In this document: piece by piece, positions 1-8,951 of the stretch
Layout of the letters: each line of letters starts with the position of its first letter
How positions within the stretch are numbered: the first letter of the stretch is position 1
Assembly: GCA_051599415.1 (NCBI GenBank)
Contig: AP039698.1
Coordinates: forward strand, 1 to 64,000
Direction: 5' to 3'
DNA: 64,000 nucleotides
Source of the DNA: Savitreella phatthalungensis
Taxonomy: Eukaryota
Made by a program: the position numbers and the translations under genes
The notes under the pieces: generated by a model
Told to the model about the DNA's origin: nothing
Seen by the model: only the letters and a program-made list of their open reading frames with translations
Database searches by the model: none

Positions 1-68
1 TGCCTTTGCGCTTCGTTCAGTTACGTATTGCTAAGGTTAAGACTACTTTCTGCCTTTGCGAGAACAGC
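1..68 (+). other. Untrimmed Oxford Nanopore adapter plus native barcode (sequencing artefact)
   Basis: CTTCGTTCAGTTACGTATTGCT (ligation adapter) is followed by AAGGTTAA, then GACTACTTTCTGCCTTTGCGAGAA (native barcode, NB06 as I recall it), then CAGC (start of the CAGCACCT flank). It abuts the telomere directly. Confidence 0.95.
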
Positions 69-164
69 CCTAACCCTAACCCTAACCCTAACCCTAACCC
101 TAACCCTAACCCTAACCCTAACCCTAACCCTAACCCTAACCCTAACCCTCACCCCTAACCCTAA
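68..164. repeat. Terminal telomeric repeat (CCCTAA)n
   Basis: 13 perfect CCCTAA units at 68-145, then one CCCTCA, an extra C and two more CCCTAA. Confidence 0.98.
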
Positions 165-572
165 CCCTGACCCTCACCCTCACCCTGACCCTGACCCTCA
201 CCCTCACCCAGACCCTGACCCTCACCCTCACCCAGACCCTGACCCTCACCCTGACCCTGACCCTCACCCTGACCCTCACCCTGACCCTGACCCTCACCCT
301 GACCCTCACCCTGACCCTCACCCTGACCCTCACCCTCACCCTGACCCTGACCCTCACCCTGACCCTGACCCTGACCCTCACCCTGACCCTGACCCTCACC
401 CTGACCCTGACCCTCACCCTGACCCTCACCCTGACCCTCACCCTGACCCTCACCCTGACCCTCACCCTCACCCTGACCCTGACCCTCACCCTCACCCTGA
501 CCCTCACCCTGACCCTGACCCTCACCCTCACCCTGACCCTCACCCTGACCCTGACCCTGACCCTGTCCCTGA
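165..572. repeat. Telomere variant repeat array (CCCTGA/CCCTCA; TCAGGG/TGAGGG on the G-strand)
   Basis: 68 hexamers in unbroken phase. By my count: 36 CCCTGA, 29 CCCTCA, 2 CCCAGA, 1 CCCTGT, 0 CCCTAA. Confidence 0.95.
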
Positions 573-621
573 CCCACAAAATCTAACCGACGTCAAACCT
601 ACCCATGCCCCAACCCTTGCT

Positions 622-664
622 CTGCTTTTGCTTGCTTGCTCGCTTGCTTGCTTGCTTGCTTGCT
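622..664. repeat. (GCTT)n microsatellite
   Basis: About 10 near-perfect GCTT units. Confidence 0.85.
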
Positions 665-879
665 AACCTTGTTTCCATGCTCACGCCTGCCGCCTTGCTA
701 CACTACACTTGTCCGCATGCATACGCCCCTGCTGGTCTTCAACATCATCATCATCTTGCTGTTTTCTTGCTGCTCCTTTCTCTCCGCTGTACTCCTGCTC
801 TCAATCCCTCATCTATCTGACACTCTTCCTCCTGTTTACCTGACACATCCCATGCCATTTGCTCCCCACATTTGGACTG

Positions 880-1660
880 TTAATCGCCCTGCCATCTGTT
901 TCATCTGCAACTGCACCGTCACCTGCTAAATGTCAAACGCCGCCACATGCATGTCACCTGTCACATGCTGTCACCGGCATGTTGCCTGTTACATGCTGTT
1001 CCCTGCACTGCCACCCGTCAAACATCTTTACCTGCACTGCCACCTGTCAAACATCTTTACCTGCACTGCCACCGGTCAAATGCATTACCTGCACCATCAT
1101 CTGTCAAATGCTGTTACCTGCAACGTCACCTGACCCACTGCCCTGCTCTACCTGCCTGGCATTTGTCAAAATCTTGATCTGCCAATTGCTGTTCACCTGT
1201 CATCTACTGTTTTCTGTTTCTGTCACTCACTGTTGCCTGCACTGTACCCTGTTTCATCACCTCACTGCCATCTGTCAAATGCTGTCATCTGTTCAAACTG
1301 CAACATCACTTGATATATATCATTCCTGCACTGTCACTTGTCATTTGAACACCTGGCCCCTGCCACTGACTCTGTCTCTGCTTGTTGTGAACATCATCTA
1401 CTTGGCCCTGGTCTCATGCTGGCACCTGTCGTGCAACTCAATCAACTGCAATGTCACATGGCATGCACTGTTACCTCCACTGTTGCTTGTCAAATCCATT
1501 GCTTGCACTGCGCTGTGCCCTATCTGCCACAAATGACTCTAATTCACTCTCACTTGCTCTTATTGCCTGTCTTGTGCGCTGTCACATGTACTGGCCACTG
1601 TCATGCACTGTAATCTGTCAACTACATTGTGACTGTGCCTGTCTGTGCTTTTTGGATGCC
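880..1660. repeat. Degenerate subtelomeric minisatellite (~29-bp unit), CpG-depleted
   Basis: The unit CCTGCACTGCCACCTGTCAAACATCTTTA is clearest at 1002-1132, with decayed ctgtca/cacctg/tgcactg copies around it and very few CG dinucleotides. Confidence 0.75.
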
Positions 1661-1763
1661 TCATTCTACTACCTAGTCTGTGTTCTCTTGACTTCAACGA
1701 CTGTTACCACTACCTTGCTGACTACTCCTCCCATTGCCTTCACTCATTCTAACACTGCCACCA

Positions 1764-1791
1764 CTGCTGCTGCTGCTGCTACTGCTGCTGC
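1764..1791. repeat. (CTG)n microsatellite
   Basis: About 9 CTG units with one interruption. Confidence 0.7.
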
Positions 1792-2466
1792 CGGTGGGCA
1801 TGCTACAAACTTGTTGAGCAATGCAGTTTGGTTCTGCAATTTGAGATGAAGTTAGGTTCACCCCTATCTGCTGACTTACAGTTAGGGATGCCGTGCAGTG
1901 GTTCATCTCTAACTTCATGGCTATAATATGGCGCCGCTGAAAACAATTTGGGATTTTTGAACGGAATATATAGGCCTCGATCCTGCAACACAGTTGGCTA
2001 GTCCCGACAGGCGTCCCGCAATCAGGATCGCAATCTACAGAGCAGCTAGCTCGAACGTGGGAAAATTAGCCGATCGCAGGAATCCTCGTGTCCATCGCGT
2101 GACAGCCGTGAGGCTCGACACTCAGCTGAGCTTCCGGCCTACCTGGCTGGCGACGACATTGCTGCAATCTATCTGACGGATGTCAGCGCAGACGTGCTCG
2201 TCACACGAGGACAAACACTCTTATCAGTCGTTCTGCGTGGCCGCTCATCGCAAACATAGCCGAAATTACGCTATTGAGCATGGCTTTGTCACATTTAGAA
2301 GACGTGTTTAGCTGCGGCTCAATTTCCTTATCATTAAACTCGCAAATGCAACACCGTGCCCCATTCTTGACGATCTAAACTGTGCTGTACGTCGATGTGT
2401 GAGCAGCAGCAAGTCCCAAGAGCTTACTGTACCATTTCCTACTACTTCTCCTACACAGATGTCGAT

Positions 2467-3681
2467 CTACAAATCTGTTCTCTCACATGTGAATTTGAGC
2501 CATCCAGCGACCCACAGTCCGATGTTTGGAATCAAAAATATGAAGGACGAGATCAGCCCTTCAATCTTCGAATTGCCGCAGATGAAGCTGCTCTGCGAGC
2601 TGTCGCTACCATCCGTCGGCGTGGAGGCGAATGAGAGTTTGATTGATTCTGCTCGCAAGTTGCCGGTCGCTTTTTCGTAGACGCGCAGCTCCATACGCGC
2701 TGGTACTACGTGTGAAGTCCAAAGCGAGCCACACTCGACGATCGGCAACTCGCAACGCGGCACGAGCTGGCATTTGGTCGAGACTGCCGGGCCGCATGCG
2801 GCATTTGGATTATCCTGATAGTAGTAGTATTCAGGATCAACCTCGACGCAGCTGGCGTACGTCGGCGACGCCGCACGATCTGTAATTGCCGCGAAATTCT
2901 TCCAGAAAATGTCAAACAGATTATCACGAACCTGAACCGGAGTGAATGGCCCAATGCTACCCCATGCGCCTTCGATATCGTAGCGTACGCCGAGATTGCC
3001 GCTGTCAGTATTGAGAGTGCAATTGCCGCGGTAGGTTGAATATTCTTCGCTGACGAGCACGCCGCCCTCGTCCGCATGTGAGTAGAAGGCTTCATGAATA
3101 TCCGCCCACAAATCGAGAGTTCCGACATCCACACCACGATCGGTGACGAAAAGCTCGATCTCATACAACGGCGCAGCAGGCGCATCGCTAATTGACGCGC
3201 TTGGTGTTAGGCCTTGCGTGCGATTGATGTTCGTCGGTAGTGCTGCTGGCAATGTCGTGTTAGGAGAACTGCTCGGTTCAGTAGATCGTAATGAATGAGC
3301 CGACGTGTTCGTCAAAATGCGACGTGACGGTGATGGAGGGGGTGATGGTGGTGGTGATGAGGATGGCGATGGCGACGACGGCGAGGTCGATGGCGACGAG
3401 AAGGACGATAGAGAGGGCTTGAACGATGACAACCCAGCGCTCCGCGTGTGGCTTAAAGTTGAGGAAGCTAGCGAAGAATGCCTGACAGGCGCAGGCGCAG
3501 GAGTCAGCAGTGCGAGCCGCTCTGATGGGAAGATCGGCCGTGTCCATTTCACCGGCGAATCGTGCGGCGGCCCAGGATTCGCAGTTGGAGAAACGCTTTG
3601 TGTGAAAACGGGCTGTTCGAAAGGATTCTGGGGTAGAGCCACGACGATAGTGACGAAAGACGGGAAGAACATACAGCTCAT
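2467..3681 (-). CDS. Putative secreted protein: Ser/Pro-rich linker plus Cys-containing C-terminal domain of unknown function (paralog of 3757-5589)
   Basis: First ATG at 3681 gives a hydrophobic N-terminus (MSCMFFPSFVTIVVA). It shares motifs with its neighbour (VQVRD.LF, NAACG, Y.G.C, VP). Confidence 0.8.
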   Translation of the reverse strand: MSCMFFPSFVTIVVALPQNPFEQPVFTQSVSPTANPGPPHDSPVKWTRPIFPSERLALLTPAPAPVRHSSLASSTLSHTRSAGLSSFKPSLSSFSSPSTSPSSPSPSSSPPPSPPPSPSRRILTNTSAHSLRSTEPSSSPNTTLPAALPTNINRTQGLTPSASISDAPAAPLYEIELFVTDRGVDVGTLDLWADIHEAFYSHADEGGVLVSEEYSTYRGNCTLNTDSGNLGVRYDIEGAWGSIGPFTPVQVRDNLFDIFWKNFAAITDRAASPTYASCVEVDPEYYYYQDNPNAACGPAVSTKCQLVPRCELPIVECGSLWTSHVVPARMELRVYEKATGNLRAESIKLSFASTPTDGSDSSQSSFICGNSKIEGLISSFIFLIPNIGLWVAGWLKFTCERTDL

Positions 3682-3756
3682 CAGGACGAGGCAAACATCT
3701 TTTGAAGGGTGACGGATGGCGGGGAACAAGATTCATATGACCATTCACGTGACTAA

Positions 3757-5589
3757 TCATGAAACCGATAAATCCTGGCGACAGTAGGACATAATCTCAG
3801 GTCTCACGACCTTTCCAAAAGCCGGCTGCCACGCCCAAGTGAAGGGTTCCGAAATCCCTGCGGTTCGATCTGAGGAGCAGTCAAGCGAGTCGACGAAGCC
3901 AGTGACGTCGCCAAGATCAGCTTTTGAGAAAGTGAGCCCGAGTGACATGTCAGGCAATTCGCCGTTGTTGTCCCACACGTTGACGACGATTGCACGCGGC
4001 ACGATGATTTCTTGCGTCTTGTTCAAGCACTGGCTGAAGGCCGTACGCGGACAAATATCGGAGCAAACCGATATGACGCCGCGCTGGCTTTCATCTCCGC
4101 AGGCCGCATTGGCGGTCGATGGGGCGCTGGTCTCGCACTCGAAATATACCTCGTGATCTTCGTACTTGAAGACTTCCTCTAGCTTGCGATAGACGACCTC
4201 GAATAACCCGTCACGTACTTGAACAGCTGGCACGCCGCCAAGTGGTTTCCAGCTTCCGACGTATTTGGTTACCATGTAGACGTTCGGATCGGCTCCGACA
4301 CAATCGCCGCTGTAGATTTCGCCTTTGGCCTGGTAGGAGATACCCTGATCGCTTGCCTGCGAAAGGAAAGTGTCCCAGATACTTTTCTTGGGATCTGTGC
4401 CGCCTATGCCGATTAGATCCGGGGTCTCGTAGAAACGAACTTGCCACTGGCCATTGGTAGTTGCCGCCGTCGGGTAGGTCGAGATCTCTGCATCGTCGCT
4501 TCGTGATGCCTCTCCAGAGGGCACGAGCTGCTGTCTTGAGGGCGTCGGGGTCGGGCTCGGCCGCATCGTCGGCACGCTGTATGAATCCGTCACATGGAAA
4601 GGAGTCGGGGTAGCGGACGGGGTCCTTGTCGGCATTGTGAAGGGCGTACCGTCAACCGTATCATCGGGACCAGGTATAGTCTTGCTCGGCATTCTGAACG
4701 GCGTACCTACGATTGTATCATCAGGGTCAGCAAGCGTTGCCGTTGGTCGCTTGAGCCTCCATGGTGTACCTATAACAGAGTCGTCCGGTGGATAGAAGGT
4801 CGGTCCGCTTGTTCTGTTCACAACCCACGGTGGAGTGTAGAAATTCGTCATACGCCACGGTGTTCCCTCGACAATATCTCCCCATGGATCAGACGCCCTG
4901 ATACTCGTAGCATTTTTCGTCTGAGTCGGTGTGCCCGATGTCAAGGAGGTGGAGACCGACAACGTAGATCGTGGAGTTTGGCTGGGCGTTGGTGTAGGCA
5001 TAGGCGTCAACGTTGCGCTGAGGGACACGATACCTGAGCCGGTGTGAGTCACACTGGGAGCCGGGGTCGGCGTGACAGACGCCGTGTTGTTTTTCTCGTC
5101 GCCCCAAATATCGTCGTCGCCGTCGGACTGTGAAGCACGCGGCGTATTCGATGGAGCCCGATCAGTCGTCTCGGGGGTTTTATCTGGCTTTTCCGGCTGG
5201 TTGGGGTCGTAATTGGGATCTGCCCCGACAGGTGGTGAGCCACCGACGGGCACTACACCGGGTGGAAGAGGAAGTCCGATCGGAATGACAATGGGGACTG
5301 GAATCATGATGGTATGCCCTTCGTCGTCCTTCTTCCCAGGCAAAGGAGACCAGACAGCCATAGTAGTGGTACCACTCGCCGCTGGCCTCACCGGAGTTGG
5401 TGGCGGACGGCTTGTCAAGGCCGGCACAGATGTTGCAAATCCGCTCTGTACCGGGATCCCATCGCTCTCCGAGGGTCTATGAGCTGGACGAGTCTTGATT
5501 GCGTCCCAATAGTTGCGACTCGGATCGTCATCGTCGGTCTGGGCGATCACTAGCGCGATACAAAACAGAAGGTGCACAAGAAACCGCAT
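3757..5589 (-). CDS. Secreted Thr/Pro-rich protein with internal repeats and the same Cys-containing C-terminal domain
   Basis: Signal peptide MRFLVHLLFCIALVIAQ, mucin-like stalk, four D..(V/I).GTP(W/F).(M/L) repeats, and a C-terminal domain homologous to the neighbour's. Confidence 0.88.
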   Translation of the reverse strand: MRFLVHLLFCIALVIAQTDDDDPSRNYWDAIKTRPAHRPSESDGIPVQSGFATSVPALTSRPPPTPVRPAASGTTTMAVWSPLPGKKDDEGHTIMIPVPIVIPIGLPLPPGVVPVGGSPPVGADPNYDPNQPEKPDKTPETTDRAPSNTPRASQSDGDDDIWGDEKNNTASVTPTPAPSVTHTGSGIVSLSATLTPMPTPTPSQTPRSTLSVSTSLTSGTPTQTKNATSIRASDPWGDIVEGTPWRMTNFYTPPWVVNRTSGPTFYPPDDSVIGTPWRLKRPTATLADPDDTIVGTPFRMPSKTIPGPDDTVDGTPFTMPTRTPSATPTPFHVTDSYSVPTMRPSPTPTPSRQQLVPSGEASRSDDAEISTYPTAATTNGQWQVRFYETPDLIGIGGTDPKKSIWDTFLSQASDQGISYQAKGEIYSGDCVGADPNVYMVTKYVGSWKPLGGVPAVQVRDGLFEVVYRKLEEVFKYEDHEVYFECETSAPSTANAACGDESQRGVISVCSDICPRTAFSQCLNKTQEIIVPRAIVVNVWDNNGELPDMSLGLTFSKADLGDVTGFVDSLDCSSDRTAGISEPFTWAWQPAFGKVVRPEIMSYCRQDLSVS

Positions 5590-6214
5590 GGTGTCGCTGG
5601 CATATCTGCGAGGACGACGAATGGTTCTTCTTCATCTAGTGTTCGCTGTCCGAGCCCATGGTCACGCGGTAGCATTGCCGATGCCTCGTGATGAGTGTTC
5701 CGAGATCAGCGTGGCCTAGCGCATGCCGCATGCTAAAAATGTGTTGTGAGGCGTGGCACAGATGAGCAGGATACAATACATGGGTGTCCAGGTGCTTCTG
5801 GCTCTGTATCCTGTTAAATATTTGCCAGCTTCACTGTATATTGTTGATAGCTATCGATGCACGCCCGCCTTAATTGATTTGTGCTTTCAATGCATGAATC
5901 ACTTTGCATGATTGAATGCAAATTTCAATGAGATGAATCGCTATAATAAGACGTGTCGTTTCTGGAGCAGCACCAGGCCTCCGCGTCCAGATCACCTCGA
6001 GCTCGGGGTGATCTGCACAAATTGGCTTCGTGATGGCACCGATGTGGAGACGGGGACGATGCGATGACGACATAACGAGCTGTGGGCGGGAAATACTAAA
6101 CCATCCGGTAAACGCATTCGATCGAATTCCGCGCATCGAGGCACCGCAACGTCTGAACAGATCAGGGCAATCTTTCGGGTGTCGCCCTCACCACCTTGAA
6201 AAAGCAGAGACGGT

Positions 6215-7288
6215 ATGCCAGATCTCGCGGAACGATGTTATGTGCCCTACAGCGACTCACTGGAGCGCATTGAGCCGGGCGAGGCTGCTGACATTGCTGC
6301 CGTTGCTGATCAGGTCAACGAGATGCAGCGTCGGCAGTTCTCTCAGCACCGGCATGCTTACACCGCGACGCACATTCGTACACAGGGTATACTCCGAGGC
6401 AAGTTTGTCGTTGGGGAGCTGCCGGAATACCTTCGCCAAGGCGAGCTCTTTGAACGTCCAGGGGAGTACGATATCGTTTGTAGATACTCGACGGAGACGG
6501 GCGACGCCGCCATCGACGATCGTGTGCCGCAGCCGCGTGGTTTAGCTTTCAAGATCTTCGGCATCACCGGAGACATGTTCGAGGCTGGCGCAGACTGTCC
6601 AACGCACGATTTCGAATTCAACTCGACGCCGGCAATCGAGTTGGCAGATGCGAAGACAACTCGTGAAATCTTCGATCTCCGGCTCAAGTACGGTCACGAC
6701 ACAGCGGAGCTCTACAAACACTTGGAAAAGCGTGATGACACAGTCCTCCAGAAGGGACGAGACCAAGTATCTAATACGCCACTTCCTTCAATTCGAATGT
6801 ACTCTCAGACTGCTTACAGATTTGGCAAGCTCGTCATGAAATACTGTCTCACACCGACAACAGAAACAATGAAGAATTTGGCATCTAAGGACGTGTCGAA
6901 GGCGAACTCGAGTGACGTGCTGCAGCACTGGCTTCGCGAGTTCTTCAAGACCAATCAAGGCGAGTACGACTTCCAGGTCCAATTACTAGAAGACGAGAAG
7001 GATCAAGCAATTGAGTACAGCGGTGTGCCATGGGATGAATCGAAGTATCCCTTTCAGACGATCGCTAAAGTGGTCTTCCCAGCCCAGGAGTCCTTCGACT
7101 ACAAGCGCAAGACGTTCTGGGAGGATCATATGCGGCTTGATCCGTGGCATGGCCTCAAAGCATACCGACCATTGGGATCTACCAATCGCCTGAGACGAGA
7201 GGTCTACTACGCGTCAAGCAAGCTCAGGCGAGAGCTCAATGCGCGCGACGAGAAGCAGATCAAGACGATCGATGAATTCCCAGCCTAG
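6215..7288 (+). CDS. Short catalase-fold heme protein (catalase-like family)
   Basis: Distal His in THIRTQG, RYS, PRGLAFK, HDFEFN, RPLGSTNRLR, and proximal R..VY motif; 357 aa. Confidence 0.85.
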   Translation: MPDLAERCYVPYSDSLERIEPGEAADIAAVADQVNEMQRRQFSQHRHAYTATHIRTQGILRGKFVVGELPEYLRQGELFERPGEYDIVCRYSTETGDAAIDDRVPQPRGLAFKIFGITGDMFEAGADCPTHDFEFNSTPAIELADAKTTREIFDLRLKYGHDTAELYKHLEKRDDTVLQKGRDQVSNTPLPSIRMYSQTAYRFGKLVMKYCLTPTTETMKNLASKDVSKANSSDVLQHWLREFFKTNQGEYDFQVQLLEDEKDQAIEYSGVPWDESKYPFQTIAKVVFPAQESFDYKRKTFWEDHMRLDPWHGLKAYRPLGSTNRLRREVYYASSKLRRELNARDEKQIKTIDEFPA

Positions 7289-7303
7289 TGAGATCATGGC
7301 ACA

Positions 7304-8008
7304 TCAATTCATACTGCCCCCACTTCTGTTTTGGCCGACCAGGCCAGCCATTTCGAGAAGATCGTATTCTGCCTGCAGGTCTCGCACATTTATTTGTTTG
7401 CGACGCTCTGTCTCTTTCTGTTCCCACTCCCAGGCCTTGCGCTGGGCCTCACGGTCTCCACCGAGACCCCAGACCTCCACGTCATCAATATTGTAAGACT
7501 TAGCAACGCCAAGAATAATGACGCGGCACACCTCCATTACATTGTCGATAGCGAGTGCATGACCGTCTGAAACTGGCTCACCACAAGTTACACCACGAGT
7601 CTTGTGAAAGGTGACCGTGCAATGGTATGAAGCCAAGTGACCCTCGTCGGATGCGAAGAATACAGATCGTTCTCCAAATGACTTAGCGAGAGAATGCTTC
7701 CAAGGCGTGTCGATGAAGACACCCAGAGGACCTGCAGATGTAGCGCTTCTGATGAGCAGAAGAGATGGTCCGGGATACTTTAGGCATTTACTCTCCAGTG
7801 CTGACATGGAAAAGCCGTCCCGACTTGCACGGAACAGATCATCCATCCTGCCAGCACATAGCTCACGAGGTATGCATTGAGACAACGTTAGGCGCTCTTG
7901 GATGTCAAGACCCGTCACCGTTCCGTCGATGGTGAGCGGCTTGTCCTCCTCGGCTACGACCTCCGGCTTGACTTCAGCCTCTCTCTCCGCGCTTTCCGTC
8001 GCACCCAT
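7304..8008 (-). CDS. RTC5: TLDc-domain protein, short Rtc5-like form
   Basis: TLDc motifs (LFRASRDGFS, GPSLLLI, VEVWGLG), Rtc5-type tail WEWE...LLEMAGLVG..RSGGS, and N-terminal MGATES myristoylation consensus. Confidence 0.8.
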   Translation of the reverse strand: MGATESAEREAEVKPEVVAEEDKPLTIDGTVTGLDIQERLTLSQCIPRELCAGRMDDLFRASRDGFSMSALESKCLKYPGPSLLLIRSATSAGPLGVFIDTPWKHSLAKSFGERSVFFASDEGHLASYHCTVTFHKTRGVTCGEPVSDGHALAIDNVMEVCRVIILGVAKSYNIDDVEVWGLGGDREAQRKAWEWEQKETERRKQINVRDLQAEYDLLEMAGLVGQNRSGGSMN

Positions 8009-8083
8009 GTAAAATCATGTATTATGCATGCGCTGATGTCATATCTGCAGAACCTGTACTCCGTGTTATTCAGAAGAGCATGT

Positions 8084-8665
8084 ATGGGGAAAAGTGCATC
8101 ATTAGCGAGCGGGCTCGATAGCAGACCACGCCGGAGCGCGAGGTTGCGTCGTTCGCCCTACTTTCCGGAGAGCGACTTCGGCCTGTTACAGGAGAAATAT
8201 GCGCCCGATCCGTTTCGGATCATGATGGTCGCAATCTTCTGCACACAGACTCCAGGCAAGCGCGCTGGACCTTATCTTTCTGCCTTATTCGAGCAGTGGC
8301 CGACGATCGCTTCACTCGCACAAGCTGACTGGCGGGAGATCGCAGCTTTCATAAAGCCGCTTGGTCTATTCAATGTTCGCGCAAAGCGCATTGTCGCTCT
8401 TGCAAAGGCTTTCCTCGAAACGCCCCCAAAGCCTGGTCAAACGTCACTGCGCAAAGGTCACAGACTATACCCGCCAACTGAGATCTCACATCTCGTCGGC
8501 GCAGGTCCATATGCAATGGACTGCTACCGCATCTTCTGTACTCCCGATGGATGGCGGTCATGCAGACCCGATGATAAAGAACTAATTCTGTACGTCGAAT
8601 GGCGCTGGGCCAAAGAAGGCATCAACTACCACGAAATGAGACGGCAAGAGTCATACTGTCGTTAG
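8084..8665 (+). CDS. MBD4-like HhH-GPD DNA glycosylase (catalytic domain only)
   Basis: GLLQE..A.DP, PLGL...RA, G.G.YA.D.YRIFC and P.DKEL..Y..W match the MBD4 glycosylase domain. The start at 8084 is inferred; upstream in-frame ATGs exist. Confidence 0.85.
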   Translation: MGKSASLASGLDSRPRRSARLRRSPYFPESDFGLLQEKYAPDPFRIMMVAIFCTQTPGKRAGPYLSALFEQWPTIASLAQADWREIAAFIKPLGLFNVRAKRIVALAKAFLETPPKPGQTSLRKGHRLYPPTEISHLVGAGPYAMDCYRIFCTPDGWRSCRPDDKELILYVEWRWAKEGINYHEMRRQESYCR

Positions 8666-8951
8666 GTCAAAATTCCGGGTTCATGTGTAGGCTCGGTCAG
8701 AAGGACATGCGTCTTATCCAGCTTCGGAAACGAAGTCATCGGTAGTGACAATCATGCAGTTTCATCATTCCGAATGCCTCGGCATGCTCTGAATGGTAGA
8801 ATGATCCGGCATTGTATTGTTCGTGATAACGACCGCACTCGTCTGCTACCGATGATGAGCAGATGATGAGCAGATCCTACTCCGGGATGTTGTCGTACAG
8901 GCTTATAGCGGACGTGTCTGCACCCTATCGCCCACGGCCACGTTTACGTCG

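Noticed and set aside
28..666. ORFs over the telomere (LT, PD/PH, RV and GQ/GE dipeptide repeats)
   Set aside because: They are translations of stop-free hexamer repeats, and one begins inside the adapter.
605..1849. Cys/His/Leu-rich ORFs in the subtelomere
   Set aside because: All three frames are partly open because of the TG/CA-rich repeat composition; no domain is recognisable.
8851..8875. GATGATGAGCA duplicated, containing a box C-like ATGATGA
   Set aside because: No suitably placed box D or guide; it looks like a simple 11-bp slippage duplication.
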